Shown here in pieces: positions 25,914-35,431 of a DNA stretch of 59,013 bases. Made by a program: the position numbers and the translations under genes. The first letter of the stretch is position 1, and the number at the start of each line of letters is the position of its first letter. The stretch spans positions 1-59,013 of the forward strand of contig CANPVK010000001.1 in the NCBI GenBank assembly GCA_947581715.1, read 5' to 3'. A model generated the notes under the pieces. That model did no database searches. It was not told where the DNA came from and saw only the letters and a program-made list of their open reading frames with translations. The DNA comes from an uncultured Bacilli bacterium. Lineage in GTDB: Bacteria > Bacillota_I > Bacilli_A > RF39 > UBA660.

Positions 25914-27257
25914 ATGGCTACTACTGGAATTTGGAAAATAAAAAAAAGATTAGATCATGTGATAGAATATACTACCAATATGGAAAAAACACTGAATAAA
26001 AGTAATGAAAATGAATTCAATGATTTGCATAATGCAATTGAATATATAGAATCTGATTATAAGACAGAGAAACAGCTTTACGTTACAGGAATTAATTGTT
26101 CTCCAGAAATTGCATATCAAGAAATGATTATCACTAAGAAAAATTATAGTAAAGAAGATGGAATTTTAGGATTCCATGCATTTCAATCATTTGCAGAGGG
26201 TGAAGTTACACCTGAACAAGCTCATGAAATAGGAGTGAAATTAGCTCAAGAAATGTGGGGTGATCGTTTTGAAGTATTGGTTAGTACTCATTTAAATACG
26301 AATCATCTCCATAATCATTTTGTAATTAATTCTGTTAGTTTTAAAGATGGAAAAAGATATTATGATAAAAGAGAAACCTATGCAGAATTAAGAAGATTAT
26401 CTGATTCATTATGTGAAGAGTACGGACTAAGTGTATTAGCAGAAAAAACATGTAAAAATAGTAAAATTAATTATGCTAATTACTATAAAGGATATATTGA
26501 AAAGGATAATTATTATACGATTGCAAAAAGAGATATAGATTTTGCTATTCGACAAGCATATTCTTATCGTGATTTTGAAAGTATATTGAAAACAATGGAC
26601 TATGAAATTATGTATCGTGCTAATAAACTAAGTATTCGACGAGAACCTTATAAAAAAAATATTCGTATTGAAAGGTATTTTGGAAATGAATATAGTTTGG
26701 AAAAAATTAAAGAAAGAATAGCAAATGAAAAGGCAACGAGAATTCCTTTTCCAGAAGAATATGGTATAAAAAAGTATATAAGTAGGAAAAATGATAAAAT
26801 TAATCATAAAAACAAAGGAATTTATGCTTTATATTTATACTATTGCTATTTATTAAAAGTATTTCCTTATGAGAAACCACATCAAAGATTACCGGCTTCT
26901 ATGCGAAATGATGTTAGAATTATGCAACAAATATCAGAAGAAATTCGATTGCTCGTTAGTAATAAAATCGAAACTAATCAGCAATTTTTTTTATTTCAAG
27001 AGGAAAAACAGAAACAATTAGATACTTTATTAGATAAACGTGAAAAATTGTGGTATCAGCATAAAAAAGGAAAAACACTGGAAGAAAAACAAATTATTTT
27101 AAAATCAATTGATAATTTAAATAAACAAATAGCTCCTCTTAGAAAGGAGATAAACTTATGTAGTCATATAGAAGAAAGAGTTCCAAAATTAGAAAGAAAT
27201 ATTCAACAATTTGAGAAAGAAATAGAGAAAGGAGTGAGAAGTAATGATAACAGGTGA
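25914..27257 (+). CDS. relaxase/mobilisation nuclease (MobA/VirD2-type)
   Basis: Histidine triad STHLNTNHLHNHFVINSV in an N-terminal relaxase domain of about 200 aa. Strong RBS aaaggagggg. Confidence 0.85.
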   Translation: MATTGIWKIKKRLDHVIEYTTNMEKTLNKSNENEFNDLHNAIEYIESDYKTEKQLYVTGINCSPEIAYQEMIITKKNYSKEDGILGFHAFQSFAEGEVTPEQAHEIGVKLAQEMWGDRFEVLVSTHLNTNHLHNHFVINSVSFKDGKRYYDKRETYAELRRLSDSLCEEYGLSVLAEKTCKNSKINYANYYKGYIEKDNYYTIAKRDIDFAIRQAYSYRDFESILKTMDYEIMYRANKLSIRREPYKKNIRIERYFGNEYSLEKIKERIANEKATRIPFPEEYGIKKYISRKNDKINHKNKGIYALYLYYCYLLKVFPYEKPHQRLPASMRNDVRIMQQISEEIRLLVSNKIETNQQFFLFQEEKQKQLDTLLDKREKLWYQHKKGKTLEEKQIILKSIDNLNKQIAPLRKEINLCSHIEERVPKLERNIQQFEKEIEKGVRSNDNR

Positions 27258-27963
27258 TGCAGCCGAATCAGTAGTAAAATTTTCATTAGAGGGTTTTGAA
27301 GTAGCAGTTAAAATTGTTGGAAGTTCTTCCAAAAATATTCTTGCTTTATTACTTGCATTTGCAAAAGAACAAAGGAAAGTGAAAGGGAAGACTAAAATTA
27401 CTAATTTATTAAAATCTGGAAAAGAATTAAAAGTTTTTACTATCAAGCAGGAAGATTTGAAAAAGTTTACCGAAGAAGCTAAAAGATATGGTGTTTTGTT
27501 TAGTAGTATTATCGATAAGAAAAGTAAAAATTCTGATGGAATGGTTGATATTATGGTAAGAGCTGAGGATGCTAGCAAAATAAATCGTATTGTTGATCGA
27601 TTTAAAATGGCAACTGTTAATATTGAAAGCATTAAAAAAGAAATAGATAAATCAGATAATAAAGAAAATATAAGTAAAGAAGAAAATTTAGTAAGTGACA
27701 TATTATTTCAGAAAGAGGAGAAAAAATCTTCAAACCCCACTTTAGCGATGACAGAAAAAAGCCCTCTGTCAAAGCCTTCCTTAGAGAACAGAAAGACTTC
27801 TTCTCAGGATTCTAAAAAGCCATCTGTCAGAGAGGAAATTCAAAAAATTAAAAGGGAGCAGCTTGAAAAAGACAAAACTCAAAAATTCCAACAGAATCAT
27901 AAAACAGTATATAAACAACCAATCAATAAACATCATAAAAAAAATTTATGGAAAGGAAGATAA
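27244..27963 (+). CDS. PcfB-family (DUF3801) conjugation protein
   Basis: N-terminal domain VKFSLEGFEVAVKIVG...LKVFTIKQEDLKKFTEEAKRYGVLFSSI...VDIMVRAEDASKINRIV, typical of DUF3801/PcfB. Basic, low-complexity tail. Confidence 0.7.
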   Translation: MITGDAAESVVKFSLEGFEVAVKIVGSSSKNILALLLAFAKEQRKVKGKTKITNLLKSGKELKVFTIKQEDLKKFTEEAKRYGVLFSSIIDKKSKNSDGMVDIMVRAEDASKINRIVDRFKMATVNIESIKKEIDKSDNKENISKEENLVSDILFQKEEKKSSNPTLAMTEKSPLSKPSLENRKTSSQDSKKPSVREEIQKIKREQLEKDKTQKFQQNHKTVYKQPINKHHKKNLWKGR

Positions 27964-27966
27964 TTT

Positions 27967-28845
27967 GTGGATAATATAGATGAAATTTTAAATCATACTA
28001 ATCTAAGTACTACTATTACACTAGATAAGGATCAGTGGATTAAAAATCAACAAGAAAAACGTGAAAGAGCATATAAAATGATTGAAAAAACTTTAGAATC
28101 ACTTTTAGTAAATGAAAAAAAATTTCAAACTTATTTGGATGTACTATCTAAATTTAATCGATATTCTGTAGGAAATTGTTTATTAATAACTGCTCAAAAA
28201 CCAGAGGCTACTTTATTGAAAAGTTTTACTGATTGGAAAAAATATGGAACAATTTATAGGAATCATCAAAAAATAATTTTATTGGAACCAGGTAAAGAAT
28301 ATGTAAAAAATGATGGCACATCTTCTGTTTATTATAATCCTAAAGAACTGATAGATATATCTGATACTTCTGTAAAATATCAGGATAGAAAGGTTTTTAA
28401 TGATAATACTTTGAAACTAACAGCATTAGTATCAGATTGTCCTATTTCAATTCAGGTTGTGCAAAAAATAAAAAATGCAAATAAATTGGTAGAATGGGAT
28501 TCTAACAACGAAACTTTATATGTGCAGAGAACGAGTGATGTCGTCTCTGTTTTTCAAGAACTTTCGCAAGAATTAGCTAGTGTTGGTTTTAAAAATCGAG
28601 GTGATAGGGCTTTAAATGATTTTAAAAGTAAGTGTGTTTCCTATGTTGTTTGTAAGAAAAATGAAATGGATATTCCCTTTGATATAAAGATTCCTACATC
28701 TATAAAAAAAATGAATTCTAAAGAAATTAGAGAGGAACTAGAAGATATGAAATCTTCCTTAGATGAAATTGTTAATAGGATGGATTGTTTTTATGAAAAA
28801 TATGAAAAGCAAAAAAGTAGGAATGATGTTAATATGGAAAGGTAG
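27967..28845 (+). CDS. ArdC-like ssDNA-binding domain protein (putative antirestriction or DNA-processing function)
   Basis: Pattern FNRYSVGNCLLITAQKPEATLLKSFTDWKKYG...IILLEPG resembles the ArdC N-terminal domain. The assignment rests on motif recall only. Confidence 0.45.
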   Translation: MDNIDEILNHTNLSTTITLDKDQWIKNQQEKRERAYKMIEKTLESLLVNEKKFQTYLDVLSKFNRYSVGNCLLITAQKPEATLLKSFTDWKKYGTIYRNHQKIILLEPGKEYVKNDGTSSVYYNPKELIDISDTSVKYQDRKVFNDNTLKLTALVSDCPISIQVVQKIKNANKLVEWDSNNETLYVQRTSDVVSVFQELSQELASVGFKNRGDRALNDFKSKCVSYVVCKKNEMDIPFDIKIPTSIKKMNSKEIREELEDMKSSLDEIVNRMDCFYEKYEKQKSRNDVNMER

Positions 28846-28853
28846 GAATTGAA

Positions 28854-29051
28854 ATGAAAGGAAAAATTAAAATTGAGTTTGATCGTTACGAATTAGGTAC
28901 TATTTTAAATGCACTTCGTGAATTCCGTAATATCAAAATAAGAGAAGAGATAACAACAGAGTCAATCGATGATTTACTTTTAAAATTAATTAATATTTAT
29001 GAGCATAAATGTCCACTTCTAACAGCTATGAATCATGATTTAATTCGATAG
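28854..29051 (+). CDS. hypothetical protein
   Basis: 65-aa ORF tightly packed between conjugation genes. Confidence 0.45.
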   Translation: MKGKIKIEFDRYELGTILNALREFRNIKIREEITTESIDDLLLKLINIYEHKCPLLTAMNHDLIR

Positions 29052-29060
29052 GAGCAGAAT

Positions 29061-30875
29061 TTGGTATTTTATATTATAGGGTTATTATTTACAATATGGG
29101 GTGCTTTATTACTTGCTCCATCTATGAATGGTGGTTTGTCGCAGGTAATGATTGATTTTCCAAAAATTATGAATCATCCATTTTTGATATTCTGGAAAGA
29201 CAATAGTTTAGAAACAATAATTATTTTTATTATTATTTATTTTGTAGGAGTTATGTTGTATCTGAATACGAAGAAAAATTATCGACGTGGCGAAGAACAC
29301 GGCTCTGCAAAGTGGGGAACTCCATCTAAGCTGAATAAAAAATATTCTCAATTACCTATCAAAAATAATCTCTTGCTTACTAAACATGTATCAATTGGGT
29401 TGAATGGGAGAATCCATCAAAGAAATTTAAACACTCTTGTTTGTGGAGGTTCTGGAGCTGGGAAAACTAGATTTTACTGTAAGCCTAATATTATGCAAGC
29501 TAACACTTCCTATGTTATTTTGGACCCCAAAGGAGAAATCGTAAAATCTTTGGGAAATTTATTATTAGATGAGGGGTATGAAGTAAGAGTATTAGATTTA
29601 ATTAATATGGAAAAAAGTCACTGTTATAATCCTTTTTTTTATTTAGAAACGGATAATGATGTCCAAAGGCTTGTTACAAATTTATTTAAAGCTACTACTC
29701 CTAAGGGTAGTCAATCGAATGATCCATTTTGGGATACATCTGCTTCTATGCTATTGTTGGCTTTAATCTTTTATTTAAAATATGAAGCACCTGAGGATGA
29801 GCAAAACTTTTCTATGGTAATGGAAATGCTTGCTTCCTTAGATATTCGTGAAGATGATGATAATTATATGAGTCCGTTAGATATTTTATTTAATCGTTTA
29901 GAAAGTAAGAATTCTAATCATATTGCTTTAAAATATTATCGTTCTTATCATTCTGGTTCTGCTAAAACATTAAAATCCATTCAAATAACACTTGCTTCGA
30001 GATTAGAAAAATTTAATCTGGAAAGTTTAGCTTCTTTAACTATGGTTGATGAACTTGATTTGCCATCTCTAGGGGAAAAGAAGGTTGCCTTATTTGCTCT
30101 TATACCAGATAATGATACCTCTTTTAATTTTTTAGTTAGTATTTTATATACACAACTGTTTCAGCAGTTGTTTTTTTTAGCAGACCATAAGTACGGTGGG
30201 AGATTACCAGTACATGTTCATTTTGTAATGGATGAATTTGCTAATGTTAGTCTTCCTGATGATTTTGATAAGATTTTATCCGTTATGCGATCAAGAGAAG
30301 TATCTGTTTCTATTATCCTTCAAAATTTATCCCAATTAAAAGCACTATTTGAAAAGCAATGGGAAAGTATTGTGGGAAATTGTGATGAATTTTTATATTT
30401 GGGTGGTAATGAGCAAAGTACTCACAAATACGTTAGTGAACTTATGGGAAAATCTACTATTGATACTAATTCTTATGGTAGAAGTCGTGGTAGGAATCCA
30501 AGTTATTCAACAAATTATCAAAATAATGGTAGAGAATTAATGACACCAGATGAAGTAAGACTTTTAGATAACAGATATGCTCTTTTATTTATCAGAGGGG
30601 AAAAACCCATTAAGGATTTAAAATACGATATCATGCATCATCCTAATATTAATAAAACACCTGATGGAACAGGAAAACCATATTTTCATGGTGAAGTCAA
30701 TAATGCTGTAGCTTCTATTACTTTGGATGAGAATATTGATCATTATATTTTTTCTGAGGGAAAAGAAAATGAAGAAATTGAAAATTATGAAATTTTAACT
30801 AGCGAGGAACTAGAGAAAATCTTTAATAATGAAAGGAAAGAAGAAGAAAAAAATGAAAAAGAAAAAAGAAATTAA
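29061..30875 (+). CDS. type IV coupling protein (VirD4/TraG family)
   Basis: Two N-terminal TM segments, Walker A VCGGSGAGKT, Walker B-like HFVMDEFAN. 604 aa. Confidence 0.88.
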   Translation: MVFYIIGLLFTIWGALLLAPSMNGGLSQVMIDFPKIMNHPFLIFWKDNSLETIIIFIIIYFVGVMLYLNTKKNYRRGEEHGSAKWGTPSKLNKKYSQLPIKNNLLLTKHVSIGLNGRIHQRNLNTLVCGGSGAGKTRFYCKPNIMQANTSYVILDPKGEIVKSLGNLLLDEGYEVRVLDLINMEKSHCYNPFFYLETDNDVQRLVTNLFKATTPKGSQSNDPFWDTSASMLLLALIFYLKYEAPEDEQNFSMVMEMLASLDIREDDDNYMSPLDILFNRLESKNSNHIALKYYRSYHSGSAKTLKSIQITLASRLEKFNLESLASLTMVDELDLPSLGEKKVALFALIPDNDTSFNFLVSILYTQLFQQLFFLADHKYGGRLPVHVHFVMDEFANVSLPDDFDKILSVMRSREVSVSIILQNLSQLKALFEKQWESIVGNCDEFLYLGGNEQSTHKYVSELMGKSTIDTNSYGRSRGRNPSYSTNYQNNGRELMTPDEVRLLDNRYALLFIRGEKPIKDLKYDIMHHPNINKTPDGTGKPYFHGEVNNAVASITLDENIDHYIFSEGKENEEIENYEILTSEELEKIFNNERKEEEKNEKEKRN

Positions 30876-31188
30876 AATATTAGATAAAAATATAAAAAGA
30901 AAAGTACAGACTTTTATGTTAATAATAACTGCAATTTGTTTTTTATTTCAAATTACTACTCCTGTTTATGCGGATGATGATCCGTTATCCGTAATTAATA
31001 ATTTTTCTGATTTTGTTTTTAGTGTTACAAGAGCAATTGGAACTATATTTTTAACATTTGGTGTAGTGCAATTTGGAATGAGTTATCAAAGCCATGATCC
31101 TTCTCAGCGAACAACAGGTATTTTTTCAGTAGTTGCCGGAATCATTATTGCTTTTGCAAAACAAATTATTAATTTTATTATTAAGTAA
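30829..31188 (+). CDS. Maff2-family small membrane protein (pilin-like T4SS component)
   Basis: Signal-like N-terminus, then DDPLSVINNFSDFVF...GVVQFGMSYQSHDPSQRTTG...IIIAFAKQII, typical of the Maff2 family. The start is uncertain (30829 or 30853). Confidence 0.7.
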   Translation: MKGKKKKKMKKKKEIKILDKNIKRKVQTFMLIITAICFLFQITTPVYADDDPLSVINNFSDFVFSVTRAIGTIFLTFGVVQFGMSYQSHDPSQRTTGIFSVVAGIIIAFAKQIINFIIK

Positions 31189-31205
31189 GTATTGGAGATG
31201 GTATT

Positions 31206-32039
31206 TTGAATAAATGGATTGTTCAGAATTTACAAAATGCTTTGGATACCTGGAATAGTAAACTAAGTGAAATATGGACTTTGGTTACACAAACACCAGA
31301 AACCTTTAAAGGAGGAATTATTTGGACTGTTATAAAAACTATTCATTCATCAGTGCAAGCTATTGGCTTTTCTCTTTTAGTACTTTTCTTTGTATTAGGA
31401 ATATTAAAAACTTGTTCTTCTTTTTCAGAAATAAAAAGACCTGAACAAGTTTTTAAATTATTTCTTAGATTTGTACTTGCTAAAGTTTTGGTAACTTATG
31501 GATTAGACCTTTTACTGACAGTTTTTAAAATCTGTCAGGGAGTTGTTAATACAATTATTAATTCCGCAGGATTTGGTGCGGTAGCTCAGTCTATACTTCC
31601 TCAATCTATGATTAATACAATTAATGATTGTGGATTTTTTGAATCTATTCCATTATGGGCTGTTACTTTGATTGGTGGATTATTTATTACTGTTTTATCT
31701 TTTTTAATGATTTTGACGGTTTACGGAAGATTCTTTAAATTGTATTTATATACTGCTATTTCTCCAATTCCTTTATCAACTTTTGCAGGAGATACAACAG
31801 ATAGTGTAGGAAAAAGTTTTATCAAATCTTATTGTGGTGTTTGTTTAGAGGGAGCTATTATTGTACTTTCTTGTATTATTTTCTCTTTATTTGCATCAAC
31901 ACCACCTGTGGTAGATACCACGGCATCCGCTGTAACTCAAGTATGGAAATATATAGGAGAATTAATTTTTAATATGTTAGTTTTAGTGGGAACAATTAAG
32001 ATTTCTGATCGTGTAGTTAGAGAGATGATGGGATTATAA
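31206..32039 (+). CDS. VirB6/TrbL-like polytopic T4SS membrane protein
   Basis: 277 aa with about 6 TM segments, in the canonical position between Maff2 and PrgI/VirB4. The TTG start follows ggaga. Confidence 0.65.
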   Translation: MNKWIVQNLQNALDTWNSKLSEIWTLVTQTPETFKGGIIWTVIKTIHSSVQAIGFSLLVLFFVLGILKTCSSFSEIKRPEQVFKLFLRFVLAKVLVTYGLDLLLTVFKICQGVVNTIINSAGFGAVAQSILPQSMINTINDCGFFESIPLWAVTLIGGLFITVLSFLMILTVYGRFFKLYLYTAISPIPLSTFAGDTTDSVGKSFIKSYCGVCLEGAIIVLSCIIFSLFASTPPVVDTTASAVTQVWKYIGELIFNMLVLVGTIKISDRVVREMMGL

Positions 32040-32060
32040 AATTTAGAAGGGAATGATGAT

Positions 32061-32456
32061 ATGAAAGAAAAAATTAAATGTTTATATGTGGAACCTAATA
32101 AATTACCTAAGGAGTTAGAAATAGAAAATAAGTTAGAGACATTTCAACAATTGGTTGATGGTAATATTGAATGTGTATATCTTCAAAATAAAAATGATGT
32201 TGTTTTGATTTGTAACGATGAAGGAAAAATCAATGGAATGAAATGGAATCGAGATATAGGATTTGATATTATTGCTGGACCATTTTTAATTGTTGGTGAT
32301 GATTATGAAAATGCTGATTTTAAATCTTTAACAGATGAACAAATACTAGATTATAAAATTTTATTTGGAAAAGAAAGTATTGCTAGAACTGAAAATAAAA
32401 TTACATCTATTATCATGCAAAATTCAAAAAGTAAATTTCAAGAATGTGAAAGGTAA
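32061..32456 (+). CDS. DUF3846 domain protein
   Basis: Pattern CLYVEPNKLPKELEIENKLETFQQLVDGNIECVYL...LICNDEGKINGMKWNR...IAGPFLIVG matches my recollection of DUF3846 proteins of Firmicute ICEs. Confidence 0.6.
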   Translation: MKEKIKCLYVEPNKLPKELEIENKLETFQQLVDGNIECVYLQNKNDVVLICNDEGKINGMKWNRDIGFDIIAGPFLIVGDDYENADFKSLTDEQILDYKILFGKESIARTENKITSIIMQNSKSKFQECER

Positions 32457-32516
32457 TTCTCAAAAGAAAATTGACAAGTAATTAAGAACAATTATTAAGG
32501 AGGTAAGATAGTTAGT

Positions 32517-32852
32517 ATGGAAGTTAAAATCAATAGAGAAGTTATGAATTATTCAGAAAGTATTTTTTTTGGTTTGTCATTACGACAATTCATTTGTACT
32601 GTTCTTTCTGGTATTACTGCTATTGTTATTTATTTTTCTTTTAAGAATGTACTTGGTTTAGAAACAACATCTTGGCTTTGTATCATAGCTGCTGCTCCCT
32701 TTATAGGGTTAGGTTTTATAAAATATAATGGTATGACGATGGAAGAATTAGTAATAGCATGGTTTAAATCAGAAGTATTAGTACCAAAAGAACTATATTT
32801 TGTTGCCAATAATATTTATTTTGATATTTTGCAACATTGTATTAAAAATTAA
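32517..32852 (+). CDS. PrgI-family (VirB3-like) T4SS membrane protein
   Basis: Pattern FFGLSLRQFICTVLSGITAIVIYF plus a second TM segment. Located upstream of virB4. Confidence 0.7.
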   Translation: MEVKINREVMNYSESIFFGLSLRQFICTVLSGITAIVIYFSFKNVLGLETTSWLCIIAAAPFIGLGFIKYNGMTMEELVIAWFKSEVLVPKELYFVANNIYFDILQHCIKN

Positions 32853-32865
32853 AAAGGAGAAAAAT

Positions 32866-33108
32866 ATGTTAGTTTTTAAAAAAGATTTAATGATAGAACG
32901 ATTAAAAAAAGAAAAAATGTTAGATACAGTAGATGATAAAGTATTGGAACTGATGAATCGATTAGATGGGAAACAAGTAAAAAAAAATGATTGGAAAGCA
33001 CTTTTATATGGAGAAGTAGAATACTTTTGTAAAGATGATGATGGTAAAACTTATGCAATTCATTCTGACGATATAATAAGAATTAATGATAGGGAAAGGG
33101 AACGCTAA
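32866..33108 (+). CDS. hypothetical protein
   Basis: The ATG at 32866 follows aaaggaga. 80 aa. Confidence 0.45.
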   Translation: MLVFKKDLMIERLKKEKMLDTVDDKVLELMNRLDGKQVKKNDWKALLYGEVEYFCKDDDGKTYAIHSDDIIRINDRERER

Positions 33109-33109
33109 T

Positions 33110-35422
33110 ATGAAGACACTTAAATTTTTAAATCAAAAAGAAAAAGAATCTTTTTATATCCCTAAAACTGTACAAAATGTTATACCGATTCAAAAGATAT
33201 GGGAAGATGGAATTTTCTTAGTTGGAAAGAATAAATATTCTCTAACTTTTAAATTTACTGACATTAATTATGCAATTGCTTCAAAAGATGATAAAGAATC
33301 TATGTTTTTAGACTATAGTGAATTATTGAATTCACTAGATAGTGGAGCAACTACAAAAATTACGGTAGCTTTACGAAGAATTAATAGGAAAAATTTTGAA
33401 AAAGAAATTTTACTTCCTTTTAAAAATGATGGACTTGATATTTATAGACAAGAATATAATCAAATGCTACTTGATAAGGCAATAAATAGTAATGGTATGA
33501 TAAGAGAAACTTATTTAACCATTACTATTTTTAAAAAAGATTATGAAGAAGCAAGAAATTATTTTAGGAGAATTTCTGTAGATATTATTTCTCATTTTTC
33601 AAAATTAGGTTCTAAATGTAATTCCTTAAATGCTGTTGAAAAATTAAGAATTCTCCATGATTTTTATCGAATTGGTGAAGAAGTAAATTATCAGTTCGAT
33701 TTTAAAAAGATAGTCCAAAAAGGGCATAATTTTAAAGATTATATATGCCCCGATGGTTTTTCTTTTAAAAGTGATTATTTTGAAATGGGACAGAAGTTTG
33801 GTAGAGTAATGTTTTTAAAAGAATATGCAAGTTATATTAAAGATTCTATGATATCAGAATTAACAGACATGACTCAAAATATGATGATGAGTATTGATGT
33901 CATACCAGTACCAACTGATGAAGCAGTTAGAGAAGTTGAAAAGAAATTATTGGGTGTTGAAACGAACATAACGAATTGGCAAAGGAAACAAAATGCTAAC
34001 AATAATTTTAGTGCTACTATTCCATATGATTTAGAACAACAAAGAAAAGAAAGTAAAGAGTTTTTAGATGATTTAACAACAAGAGATCAACGAATGATGT
34101 TTGCAAATTTAACTCTTGTTATAACTGCTGATAGTAAAGAAAAATTAGATGTCAATACGGAGTCAGTTTTATCTATTGGTAGAAAACATTTATGTCAGAT
34201 TGCTATTTTGAAATATCAACAGATGGATGGATTAAATACAGTTTTACCAATTGGTGTTAGAAAAATCAAAGCCTTAAGAACACTTACAACTGAAAGTTTG
34301 TCTGTCTTGAATCCTTTTCGAGTACAGGAAATTATGGATAAGGGCGGTATTTTTTATGGAGAGAATGCTATTAGTCATAATTTAATTATGATTAATAAAT
34401 CTAACCTTTTAAATCAATCTTCCTTTATTCTTGGAATTCCTGGTTCCGGTAAATCATTTAATGCTAAGGAATTAATTACCTTTTTAGCTTTATCTACAGA
34501 AGATGATATTATTGTTTGTGATCCAGAAGGGGAATATTCTGCTTTGATTGATTCTTTAGGTGGAGAAGTTATTAATATTTCTGCAAGTAGTAAAGATTAT
34601 ATCAATGCGATGGATATGATAGAGGGGTATGGAGATAGTAATAATCCTATTGTAGAAAAATCTGAATTTATTCTTTCTTTGTTTGAACAGCTAGATAAAA
34701 AAGGATTGGGTCCAAAGGAAAAATCTATTATAGATAGATGTACTTCATTAGTGTATGAAGAATGTAATTCAACTGGAAATATCCCTACTTTAATATTACT
34801 TCGTGAAAAATTATTAGAACAACCTGAAAAAGAAGCTCATGAGCTTGCTTTATCTCTTGAATTATTTACAAATGGATCTCTTAATGTTTTTGCTCATCCA
34901 ACTAATGTTGATACAAATAATCGTATGATTTCTTATAATATTTATCAATTGAAAAAACAATTAAAAACAATGGGATTGTTAGTCATTACCGATGCCATGA
35001 TAAATCGTGTTACTGAAAATTATAAAAAGGGGAAAAGAACACATATTTTTATTGATGAAATTCACATATTGTTTGCAAATGAATATTCAGCTAGTTTCTT
35101 TAATTCTGCTTGGAGACAATTTAGAAAAAGGAATGCTTTTCCAACCGCAATTACCCAAAATGTAGAATATCTATTATCTTCTGTAGAAGCAAGTACTATG
35201 TTATCAAATAGTGAATTTATTGTTATGTTAAATCAAGCAGCAAGTGATCGAAATGAATTAGCAAAATTACTCAATATATCTGAGGAGCAATTATCTTATA
35301 TTACTAATTCTGATGCAGGATGTGGTTTGATTCGTTATGGTTCTTCTCTTGTACCATTTATCAATGATTTTCCAAAAGATACTAAATTATATAGATTAAT
35401 GACAACTAAACCAGGTGAATAG
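33110..35422 (+). CDS. VirB4-like conjugative transfer ATPase
   Basis: Walker A LGIPGSGKSFN, Walker B HIFIDEIH. About 770 aa. Confidence 0.88.
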   Translation: MKTLKFLNQKEKESFYIPKTVQNVIPIQKIWEDGIFLVGKNKYSLTFKFTDINYAIASKDDKESMFLDYSELLNSLDSGATTKITVALRRINRKNFEKEILLPFKNDGLDIYRQEYNQMLLDKAINSNGMIRETYLTITIFKKDYEEARNYFRRISVDIISHFSKLGSKCNSLNAVEKLRILHDFYRIGEEVNYQFDFKKIVQKGHNFKDYICPDGFSFKSDYFEMGQKFGRVMFLKEYASYIKDSMISELTDMTQNMMMSIDVIPVPTDEAVREVEKKLLGVETNITNWQRKQNANNNFSATIPYDLEQQRKESKEFLDDLTTRDQRMMFANLTLVITADSKEKLDVNTESVLSIGRKHLCQIAILKYQQMDGLNTVLPIGVRKIKALRTLTTESLSVLNPFRVQEIMDKGGIFYGENAISHNLIMINKSNLLNQSSFILGIPGSGKSFNAKELITFLALSTEDDIIVCDPEGEYSALIDSLGGEVINISASSKDYINAMDMIEGYGDSNNPIVEKSEFILSLFEQLDKKGLGPKEKSIIDRCTSLVYEECNSTGNIPTLILLREKLLEQPEKEAHELALSLELFTNGSLNVFAHPTNVDTNNRMISYNIYQLKKQLKTMGLLVITDAMINRVTENYKKGKRTHIFIDEIHILFANEYSASFFNSAWRQFRKRNAFPTAITQNVEYLLSSVEASTMLSNSEFIVMLNQAASDRNELAKLLNISEEQLSYITNSDAGCGLIRYGSSLVPFINDFPKDTKLYRLMTTKPGE

Positions 35423-35431
35423 GAAAGCAAA

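Noticed and set aside
27189-27701. 170-aa minus-strand ORF antisense to the relaxase 3' end and the PcfB gene
   Set aside because: Leu/Ser/Phe-rich shadow ORF, typical of the antisense strand of AT-rich coding DNA. It fully overlaps two well-supported plus-strand genes and has no RBS.
30349-30540. 63-aa plus-strand ORF inside the coupling-protein gene. Similar internal or antisense short ORFs occur at 482..694, 992..1255, 2319..2510, 5715..5924, 7638..7853, 8669..8941, 9797..10057, 10968..11183, 19769..19951, 32876..33058, 35707..35937, 40833..41018, 41171..41359, 50875..51072, 55490..55675 and 56763..57017
   Set aside because: All are nested in or antisense to long ORFs with clear family signatures, lack an RBS and have atypical composition.
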